From a virus, in the IMG/VR virus record IMGVR_UViG_3300030616_000016, positions 70,561 to 134,560 of that record: 64,000 nt of DNA; one strand, 5' to 3'. The position numbers were made by a program, and so were the translations under genes. The notes under the pieces are model-generated. The model ran no database searches. It saw nothing but the letters and a program-made list of their open reading frames with translations, and was not told the origin of the DNA. Below are positions 9,512-16,903 of the stretch, piece by piece. Each line of letters opens with the position of its first letter. The stretch's first letter is position 1.

Positions 9512-10549
9512 TTATGATGCTGATGTATCTACGCGTCCATCAGGCAATAGTTTCAAGTCTTCTTTTTTTGCATATGCTTTCCAGTGGTCAATATCTGCAT
9601 ATGTATCGCCAGAATTACAACTTTCAAGATATTCTTTCAGAATGGCAAATATTACTCCATAACTACCACATTTAAGATACTGAGGAATGGCTCTGCTAAT
9701 ATTCCCCAAGCATGGACCACCATCAACATTAACATGAGGATGTGGATTTGAAGTTTCTTTACCTGGAGGTTCAATAACTGATGTAATGCGTATTCCTGTA
9801 CTATTATATGGAATACTAACAAGATATGTTCCCATATAATAGTACATGTCATTTTCTTTTATCCAGATAGGTGGTGTAAGCCCCTTAATTGAGTCTGGAG
9901 CGAACTCAATGTTAGCATATGCACCTGATTCATATAATTTCATTACTCCAGTAACTGCTTTGTCAATCATCATTTCTTTCTCTTCACCTTCAGGTATGTT
10001 TTCTATATCTTTTAACCTTTCCTTGGCTATTTCAAGGCGTTTCATAAGAGTAAGTTGATGTGTTTGACAAGCTTTCATTTGGTTTTCTGTGAGCCTCAAA
10101 GATGTGAGAAGACTAGTTTTCTCACTATCTACATTACCAAGAAGCTGACGATAAATACATTCCCGTACATCGTTTCTCTTGTTTGCAATGTCTCGTTGAG
10201 ATCTACGACTAGAGCCACTACCTCTTCTAGAAAGAATTATTCGCGCGTCTCTAAAACTTTTAAATGCGTTTGAGATTACTGCGTCAAATATATCTTCTCT
10301 AGAAGCAAGTATTTGTAAACAGTTTGGTGAATGGGTAATAGTTTTTCTTGACTCGTCAACAAAAGGTTCCCATACATTAGATATGTTAGGAATATCTTCA
10401 ATTGGTGTAGGATTTATAATGCAAAGAACCTCTGAAGTAAAATCCTGGAATCTATCACTAATGATAATGGTTTTTGTCAGAGAGATCTCAAATGTTCTGA
10501 AAACAGCAAATAAATCTGAGCTGTTTGCAACTCCCATATTATCAATCAT
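9512..10549 (-). CDS. E2 (UBC-fold)-like ubiquitin-conjugating enzyme with N-terminal coiled-coil extension
   Basis: The C-terminal 110 aa contain NPHPHVNVDGGPCLGNI, which mirrors the UBC HPN...G-x-x-CL active-site motif. It is preceded by a beta-meander-like segment (YYMGTYLVSIPY). Confidence 0.6.
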   Translation of the reverse strand: MIDNMGVANSSDLFAVFRTFEISLTKTIIISDRFQDFTSEVLCIINPTPIEDIPNISNVWEPFVDESRKTITHSPNCLQILASREDIFDAVISNAFKSFRDARIILSRRGSGSSRRSQRDIANKRNDVRECIYRQLLGNVDSEKTSLLTSLRLTENQMKACQTHQLTLMKRLEIAKERLKDIENIPEGEEKEMMIDKAVTGVMKLYESGAYANIEFAPDSIKGLTPPIWIKENDMYYYMGTYLVSIPYNSTGIRITSVIEPPGKETSNPHPHVNVDGGPCLGNISRAIPQYLKCGSYGVIFAILKEYLESCNSGDTYADIDHWKAYAKKEDLKLLPDGRVDTSAS

Positions 10550-10587
10550 ATTTGAAAGCCTTTCTGTGTTTTATGATTAGGGTAAAG

Positions 10588-10634
10588 AAAAGTCAAGTAC
10601 TATAGTAAGTGTTTACTATAATACTTGACTTTTT
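10588..10634 (-). terminator. Long hairpin after the Ubl gene
   Basis: aaaagtcaagtactatagtaa-gtgt-ttactataatacttgactttt gives a stem of about 20 bp. On the minus strand it is followed by TTTTCTTT. Confidence 0.5.
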
Positions 10635-10684
10635 TGTGGCCACATAACTACACAAAAGTGTAGCTACATTTTTAGGGCACTTTA

Positions 10685-10900
10685 CTACTTGCCGCCATCA
10701 ACCTTCTGCTGCAGAACGACGATGTCGCCGTTATCCAGGACTGTGTCGAGGTCAGCAGCGTCGCCGTTTACACGGACTTTACGACTGCCCAGCTCAACTC
10801 CAGCTGTTGCAAGAAGGTTCGCGACGGTTGCGTTTGCCGGAGTGAGGCTGTAAGTCTTAACTTCGCCTTCACCCTGAGCCAGCTGTACACATGTAACCAT
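10685..10900 (-). CDS. Ubiquitin-like beta-grasp protein (ThiS/MoaD-like) ending ...VDGG-K
   Basis: MVTCVQLAQGEGEVKTYSL...VRVNGDAADLDTVLDNGDIVVLQQKVDGGK. A consensus AAGGAG lies 7 nt before this ATG, so the track ORF start at 10936 is probably too long. The di-glycine is followed by one Lys. About 55% GC by hand count. Confidence 0.75.
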   Translation of the reverse strand: MVTCVQLAQGEGEVKTYSLTPANATVANLLATAGVELGSRKVRVNGDAADLDTVLDNGDIVVLQQKVDGGK

Positions 10901-10939
10901 TGCAGAACTCCTTAAATAGGGTTCATGTTTTGTCAACGT

Positions 10940-11608
10940 TCAACTACAAGGCCACACTAGCCTGTAGTCCGCTGACCCTTTTAGAAACATTAATTCATCC
11001 ATAGATAAATTATGTTCATTTGCAACTATAAATCCTATGTTTCCGTAGTCATCGAATCTCATAAGAGATATAAAGTTTTCTATTCCGAACCTATTTTTTG
11101 ATTCGTTTCCACAATAAACGCAATTTGGAAATCCGTATAGCATTTTAGAACCACATAGACCACACTCTTCTTTAGACTCCAGTTTGTAAACTCTTAGTTC
11201 TTTTAGTATTCTTTCATTAATCATAAACGATTGTTGCCCAAGTTTTACCTCTGTACGTTCATGCAAATCTACAAGAGCATCAAATGGAATTCGATTGATC
11301 CAGTAATTTAATGGTCTTAAGCTAGCTGTTCTATTTCTATATATAAGTAAGTTAACTAGTATTTTGTCTGCACATATGGGAGAGCCTTCTTTAAAAATAT
11401 ATCCCATAATTTTATTAGTTCCAATAACATTTCTAGAGCTTCCAATTTCTGGCACTGCTAATGTTAAGCGATTTGGGCTTAGGACTATATCCCATTTCTT
11501 TGATAAATCTTGAGGCTCGTCTGGGTTGTGAGGAGTTATATGCGCCAGCTTTTCTTCTATAGCTCCACGAAATATTGAGCTTTTTCTTCGCTCTAGACAT
11601 TGCGACAT
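10940..11608 (-). CDS. Zinc-ribbon protein (start 11608 or 11407)
   Basis: CGLCGSKMLYGFPNCVYCGN. The ATG at 11608 has a strong AAAGGAGA RBS but lies inside the UvrD 3' end. An alternative ATG at 11407 has no RBS. Confidence 0.5.
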   Translation of the reverse strand: MSQCLERRKSSIFRGAIEEKLAHITPHNPDEPQDLSKKWDIVLSPNRLTLAVPEIGSSRNVIGTNKIMGYIFKEGSPICADKILVNLLIYRNRTASLRPLNYWINRIPFDALVDLHERTEVKLGQQSFMINERILKELRVYKLESKEECGLCGSKMLYGFPNCVYCGNESKNRFGIENFISLMRFDDYGNIGFIVANEHNLSMDELMFLKGSADYRLVWPCS

Positions 11609-13175
11609 ATACAACTCTCCTTTCGGACTCTATTTCGTCTTCTTCTACCATTGTGCATGGATAGTATCCTTCTTCCATCCCGCACATATAAACAATATCA
11701 AACTCAAGTCCCTTTACTCCGTGAACAGTAGCTATAGTCACATCTCCTGCATCGTTATCTGAGTTGCTTGTAAGTTTGATCTTATTTACTAGGTCAATCA
11801 TTGAGTCACAAGAGTCAGACATATAATCTATAATTTCATATAAGGATATCTGATACTTACTCTCGTCCATTTCATCAAGGAGTTTACAAGCATCTTTGAC
11901 TCCTTGCATATCATTGTTTAGGATCTTGTCTATTATCTCTACTATGTCCTCATTATCAACAAGAATTTTAGATTTTTCTTGGCTATTTTCTCTGTTAATA
12001 AATTGGTTAAGAAATCGTTTGCCTAATCCTCTTTTCAAGTATGCAAGAAATTGTGAGGTTCTTTCTATATTGATTCCGTCTTCTTTATTAATAGGATGAA
12101 GCCCACATATAAGATCAATAAGTCTTTTTGTCTTACCTCTTTCTGATAGTGACAGTCCACCTATTCTAGTATATGGTATAGCACGTTGATCAAAATATAT
12201 AGCTACAGTATCTAGTTGTCTATGTGTACGACCTAATATAGCCACTGAATTGCCAGCTTCCATATATCTTTGTATGTCTCGTGCCAAAAACTGATTCTCA
12301 TCAGATTCTGAGTTGAATGGATAGAAATCAACATTAGGTATACTAGCTTCTTCTGCAGTAATTTCACTGCTATAAGTATCTGCATTGCAGGATATTAGTT
12401 TATTACAATATCCAGCAATATGATTGTCAAATCTCCATGTATATGATAATGGAAGTACTTTGGCGCCTGATTCTTTTATGAGCATTTCTGTATTTTCGTA
12501 ACATGCACCACGAAATTGGTACAAGCACTGATTTTGGTCGCCTACTACTGTGAATCCTCTGTTAAAATCATACGTAAGTTCTTTAACCATATTGTATTGA
12601 ACAGTGTTGGTATCTTGCCATTCATCCACAATAATTCCATCGCAACCTACGTCTCTCATATATTCTATGGAGTCGTAAAGAAGATCACTGAAGTCTTTGA
12701 CATGGTTCTTTAGCTTGGTAGTTTTGTATATCTTAGCGAGAGAATCTAAGCTGTCTTGTACTGACAGATTATTTACTTCTACATTATTTTGAAGCTTAAT
12801 CTTTGCAGCTTCAAGTAAAAGCTTATAGATATCACTGTCAGGAGAGTATCCCATTTTCTTTATACAGCTTCTTATCAACTCTGTAGATTCGTTCTGGTCA
12901 ATAATCTCGAATTCTTGTTTGTTATTCTTGAGGAGTTGTAAGCCCAAGCCATGGAATGTTCCAATGAAAACAGCATTGTTCCCAGTTAGTCTACTTGTAA
13001 GTTCTTTTGCTGCCTTATTAGTAAATGTAATAGCAACGAACTTGTAATCTATATCAGCAACACCATAAGCTAATGTGGTTGTTTTGCCACTGCCAGGCGC
13101 AGCCATAACTACGTTTTTGTTGGCTGGGTCTTTCATATGCAAGATAATTGCTTGCTGTTCTTCAGTTGGATTCAT
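11433..13175 (-). CDS. UvrD/Rep/PcrA-family SF1 DNA helicase
   Basis: AAPGSGKTTTL (Walker A), TFHGLG, IIVDEWQDTN, VGDQNQCLYQFRGA, TVHGVKGLEFD, VYVAMSRAKKKL. The likely start is MNPTEEQQ at 13175; the track ORF extends to 13301. Confidence 0.85.
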   Translation of the reverse strand: MNPTEEQQAIILHMKDPANKNVVMAAPGSGKTTTLAYGVADIDYKFVAITFTNKAAKELTSRLTGNNAVFIGTFHGLGLQLLKNNKQEFEIIDQNESTELIRSCIKKMGYSPDSDIYKLLLEAAKIKLQNNVEVNNLSVQDSLDSLAKIYKTTKLKNHVKDFSDLLYDSIEYMRDVGCDGIIVDEWQDTNTVQYNMVKELTYDFNRGFTVVGDQNQCLYQFRGACYENTEMLIKESGAKVLPLSYTWRFDNHIAGYCNKLISCNADTYSSEITAEEASIPNVDFYPFNSESDENQFLARDIQRYMEAGNSVAILGRTHRQLDTVAIYFDQRAIPYTRIGGLSLSERGKTKRLIDLICGLHPINKEDGINIERTSQFLAYLKRGLGKRFLNQFINRENSQEKSKILVDNEDIVEIIDKILNNDMQGVKDACKLLDEMDESKYQISLYEIIDYMSDSCDSMIDLVNKIKLTSNSDNDAGDVTIATVHGVKGLEFDIVYMCGMEEGYYPCTMVEEDEIESERRVVYVAMSRAKKKLNISWSYRRKAGAYNSSQPRRASRFIKEMGYSPKPKSLNISSARNWKL

Positions 13176-13179
13176 ATTA

Positions 13180-13389
13180 TTAGTCTGTTGTAGTGTTAAG
13201 GTGGTATTCAATCTCATCAGTAATGGATTTGGTGTCTTTATGCAGCGTTTGTTCTCCCTTAATACTGAGTTTGTACTTATTTCTTTTCTTTGGATCTGCA
13301 TATTTTGTTATAGAGATGCTTATGCGTTCATCTTTCTTTTGTGCTTGTTCTTGCGGCTGTTGTGTTTGTTCTGTTACATCACCTGGCAT
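13180..13389 (-). CDS. Small Lys/Gln-rich hypothetical protein
   Basis: MPGDVTEQTQQPQEQAQKK... with GGAG before the ATG at 13389. Confidence 0.4.
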   Translation of the reverse strand: MPGDVTEQTQQPQEQAQKKDERISISITKYADPKKRNKYKLSIKGEQTLHKDTKSITDEIEYHLNTTTD

Positions 13390-14087
13390 TTTAATATATC
13401 TCCTAATTTGTCTAGGTCTGATAAAAGATCCCATTGTTTAAACATATGAAGGTCATTTATTAGTATTTTTTTACCACAGTAATAACATTCTGTAAAGTAT
13501 TCTGTGTGTGGACCAATTAATTTGTAGCGCAATATACCATCATTAAATAAATTATATGAAGCACATGAAGGACATAGGTATGGAATTAGTGCTAACATTG
13601 TTGATAGTATATTACCACGTTTTATACGAGCTGGATTTGATTTGTATATTGTTGTAAAACCAACTACTGAATTTAATAATGATCGAGACATAGCCCCAGA
13701 TGAATTTCTTCTTAATTCTTCTAGTATTGCTGTTTTTGAGTTTATTACTATGCGTTGACATGCAATACTAATACGTTGAACAGAATCATAATGCATATAA
13801 TCTGGATATATAGGTGGTATCTTTATCTCTGACATAGTTCCAATCATTTGTTCAATGATAGGTGTAACTGACCAGTTATACAAATCTCTTCCTACTAAAG
13901 AGCATCTTGTTATAGCACATGGAGGAACATATACATGTTTTTGATAACCGGGCGACAAATTATTAGTCATAGCTTTTGTAATGTCAGCATATGATACAGT
14001 AGGCACTGTCCATTTAGGGAGTATAGTGTTTTTAAGTTCTAGTGTGGAACAGATTGCTTTATTAAGACAGTTTATACATGGATGCAT
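13374..14087 (-). CDS. Cys-rich protein (multiple CxxC pairs)
   Basis: MHPCINCLNKAIC..., CPSCASYN...CYYCGKK. Lies between the E1 and Ubl genes. Confidence 0.5.
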   Translation of the reverse strand: MHPCINCLNKAICSTLELKNTILPKWTVPTVSYADITKAMTNNLSPGYQKHVYVPPCAITRCSLVGRDLYNWSVTPIIEQMIGTMSEIKIPPIYPDYMHYDSVQRISIACQRIVINSKTAILEELRRNSSGAMSRSLLNSVVGFTTIYKSNPARIKRGNILSTMLALIPYLCPSCASYNLFNDGILRYKLIGPHTEYFTECYYCGKKILINDLHMFKQWDLLSDLDKLGDILKCQVM

Positions 14088-14107
14088 TGCTCTTTTCTCA
14101 CAGAATA

Positions 14108-14575
14108 TTATTTAGATGTCTCGTATATTGCTTTGATGTCTATGTTTGATGAGTCTTCCAATAGTAATTTTACTAGTCCTATTTTATTCTTGCTGTTAAA
14201 TGAAGACATGATTGCTTTAAGTATATTATCATTGTATGCGCCACAAAATTGGCATATAATCGAGCTTCCCAGACACATACAATTTGAACATCTTTCTGTA
14301 AGTTTAGATGTAATACTTATATAATCGCGTGATATTGTTACTGGCAAGCAACCACAACTATCTATTGCCAAAATATCATAAGTATCGTTGTCTATGTATC
14401 CAACTATTATTTTTTTTGCACGCATAAATTCTTTATATATAAGGAGATTATAAGCATTATGTTCTACTTCAAATGGTATTAATATACTATCACTGTCTTG
14501 TAAGGGTTTTGTAGACCCTTCAGAAAGTGTAAGCCCAGTGAATAATATACGATCAAAACGACACGATTTACTCAT
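14108..14575 (-). CDS. Cys-rich protein, translationally coupled to E1
   Basis: CSNCMCLGSSIICQFCGAYN and SCGCLP. Its ATG overlaps the E1 stop (ATGA). Confidence 0.5.
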   Translation of the reverse strand: MSKSCRFDRILFTGLTLSEGSTKPLQDSDSILIPFEVEHNAYNLLIYKEFMRAKKIIVGYIDNDTYDILAIDSCGCLPVTISRDYISITSKLTERCSNCMCLGSSIICQFCGAYNDNILKAIMSSFNSKNKIGLVKLLLEDSSNIDIKAIYETSK

Positions 14576-15309
14576 GGTCTTTTATCCTTAAAGATATCCC
14601 ATGTCTTGAAATTAATATCTATTCCAAATGGAATTGTTTCTTCTGTTCCATTTGCAATATGATAAATACATGAGGATATCCAGCTTGCTGTCCACATTAC
14701 TGGAAATATAATGCTCTTTTCTGTACACTTGATATCAGGCATGTCTTCATCATTATCAAGATTGTTTTCCTCGAACAGCTGAACTTCATCTGGCATGTAA
14801 GGAAGTACTGCGTATGCTTCGCATTGAGTTGCTCCAATTCTTGAGTCTATAAACATGGAAATACGAGCCATATTTTGACAACTATATTCAAACAGGAGTT
14901 GTCTTGCCTTCATGTTATCGACGGCAGAAATAATAATGTCAGCTTTTCTAGCGTATTTGTCAACATCGTCTACGCTTTCAAGTCTGTCTTTATGAAATTC
15001 CCACTCCCAGTTGGGCTTTGAATATCCGCTTATAATCTTTTCAAGTTCAGCTACTTTTAGGGCTCCAGTTTGCCGCCAATTATAAATTTGGTTTGCCTGA
15101 TTATGGACTTCAATTGAATCAAAGTCTACAATAGTACATTTGGTGATACCCATTTTTGCCATAGCAACTGCAGCAAATGAACCTATGCTTCCAGCTCCAA
15201 GCATAAATACATTAAGCTTCATCAGCTTATCAATGTCAACTAGATCAAAGTGACCTTTATAAATTTCTTCATTCTCATTGAATACAAATTCTTCTTCCTG
15301 GTTAGACAT
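14572..15309 (-). CDS. E1-like adenylyltransferase (ThiF/MoeB/HesA family)
   Basis: LNVFMLGAGSIGSFAAVAMAKMGITKCTIVDFDSIEVHNQANQ (Rossmann GxGxxG and D-x-D...N-x-x-Q). AVDNMKARQLL. The ATG at 15309 follows AAAGGA; the track ORF starts at a GTG at 15336. Confidence 0.8.
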   Translation of the reverse strand: MSNQEEEFVFNENEEIYKGHFDLVDIDKLMKLNVFMLGAGSIGSFAAVAMAKMGITKCTIVDFDSIEVHNQANQIYNWRQTGALKVAELEKIISGYSKPNWEWEFHKDRLESVDDVDKYARKADIIISAVDNMKARQLLFEYSCQNMARISMFIDSRIGATQCEAYAVLPYMPDEVQLFEENNLDNDEDMPDIKCTEKSIIFPVMWTASWISSCIYHIANGTEETIPFGIDINFKTWDIFKDKRP

Positions 15310-15328
15310 TGAGTAATTCCTTTCTGGT

Positions 15329-16042
15329 CTACTCACCGAATATTGATTGCATCGAAAAGTATGTATAACATACTAGCTCATATTCCTGAATCCATTCTTC
15401 TCTTTTTGTTCCGCTTTTATCTCTTATGATGTAGCTCGGATGATAAAGACAGATTATTGGAATATCATTATTGTTATTGTTATAGTAAAATGTTTCTCCA
15501 ACTAAATCTCCCATTTTAGTTGTAGTATTTACATCTTTTATTAATGCTATAGCTGATTGTTTGCCAAGGCAAACAATCAACCATGGATCCAGTATTTCTA
15601 ATTCTTTGTGAAGAAATGGAATACATTCTTCAACACAGTCTGTGGGTGGAGGACAAGTTTTCTCACCTTGCCTGAATGGTTTGCATCTGGCTATGTTTGT
15701 TAAGTAGCATTCTGATGCTGGCAATTCGGCGGCTTCTGTCATCTCATTGAGTTCTTGTCCAGCTGGACCACAAAATGGGATGCCTTGGCTATCTTCCTGG
15801 GCCCCAGGAGATTCGCCGATAAAAACTATGTTGTATCGGTAGCTTCCTCTGCTAAAAACAGGACTAGATGCTATATTTCTTAGTCTGCATTTTGTGCAGT
15901 CTAGTACGTCCTGTTCTAAGTCTTGGAGCTGACTTTCTTTACTTATATTTTGAGTATCTCCAGACATTTTGCGTAAATCCACTAGGGGTTTTGAGTCTAA
16001 TGCGCTCTTTGTCAATACTGACAATCTCTGAGCCTGGTACAA
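15329..16042 (-). CDS. Uracil-DNA glycosylase, family 4 (start uncertain)
   Basis: CTKCRL..., IVFIGESPGAQEDSQGIPFCGPAGQELN, LYHPSYIIR. These are the family-4 UDG motifs. Confidence 0.8.
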   Translation of the reverse strand: MYQAQRLSVLTKSALDSKPLVDLRKMSGDTQNISKESQLQDLEQDVLDCTKCRLRNIASSPVFSRGSYRYNIVFIGESPGAQEDSQGIPFCGPAGQELNEMTEAAELPASECYLTNIARCKPFRQGEKTCPPPTDCVEECIPFLHKELEILDPWLIVCLGKQSAIALIKDVNTTTKMGDLVGETFYYNNNNNDIPIICLYHPSYIIRDKSGTKREEWIQEYELVCYTYFSMQSIFGE

Positions 16043-16385
16043 AGAGCTGGGCTAGGCTCATTTCAGTATACTTTGTTGAAGTTTTGGTAAGCTCTTCTTC
16101 TGACCAACCAAACTCCTTAGCCTTTGATACAGCTTCAACAAACTCACTGTCATTATATACATCAGGATTGTATTCTATATCACCGACATCAACTACCTGA
16201 CATATGATATTCTTAATCCTTGACTTGATGAATTTTGCATCGTCGTTCATATGAATATCTTCTAGTTTACTACACATGACAAGCAAGTCACCGCATAGAT
16301 TCCATGCGGGACTTGCTTGCAGTGTTTCTAGATTTGATTCTGACAGTGGAAGTATTTGCGTGATCTTTTCAGCTATAGCTTCCAT
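15939..16385 (-). CDS. Hypothetical protein
   Basis: Co-directional 148-aa ORF. Confidence 0.5.
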   Translation of the reverse strand: MEAIAEKITQILPLSESNLETLQASPAWNLCGDLLVMCSKLEDIHMNDDAKFIKSRIKNIICQVVDVGDIEYNPDVYNDSEFVEAVSKAKEFGWSEEELTKTSTKYTEMSLAQLFVPGSEIVSIDKERIRLKTPSGFTQNVWRYSKYK

Positions 16386-16396
16386 GTTGTCCTTTC

Positions 16397-16858
16397 CTAG
16401 TCGATAACGATATAATCAGAATCGACTACTTCATCTGTTTCGGGGTCAAGAATGTCAACCTTCTGCAATTTGTCCTTGTCAGAAGTATAGCCGTTTATGG
16501 CTTTGTAAATCTTGCGTGTACCCCTCTGAATGGGATTGGCCATATCTGTGCTTGTATCAAGACGCCGGCTTCCAATTGCTTTTAGCAGACCGCTAATCGA
16601 AATACAGCCAGAGTTGTCAATCAGCTCATGATTACCAATACCAAGCACTTTTCTAAGTGCATCTTCTTCAATGATAAACTCACTATCATTGATCCTGACA
16701 GTTGCAACTACCTCCTTATAAGGAAAGAGGAAGAACAAACCGTCACCTGTTTCTGCATCCTGGATAAGTACAAAGGCATTCTTGCCTATGGGTACAATTG
16801 TTACATCTTCCCAACCATACTCATCAAGGACTGTTTGGATGTCAATATTCTCATCCAT
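16397..16858 (-). CDS. Hypothetical protein
   Basis: AAGGGAG RBS before MDENIDIQ. The track ORF begins at 16879. Confidence 0.5.
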   Translation of the reverse strand: MDENIDIQTVLDEYGWEDVTIVPIGKNAFVLIQDAETGDGLFFLFPYKEVVATVRINDSEFIIEEDALRKVLGIGNHELIDNSGCISISGLLKAIGSRRLDTSTDMANPIQRGTRKIYKAINGYTSDKDKLQKVDILDPETDEVVDSDYIVID

Positions 16859-16903
16859 TACTAACTCCCTTCTGGACATGTTAATTAATCACAGCGCGCA
16901 TTC

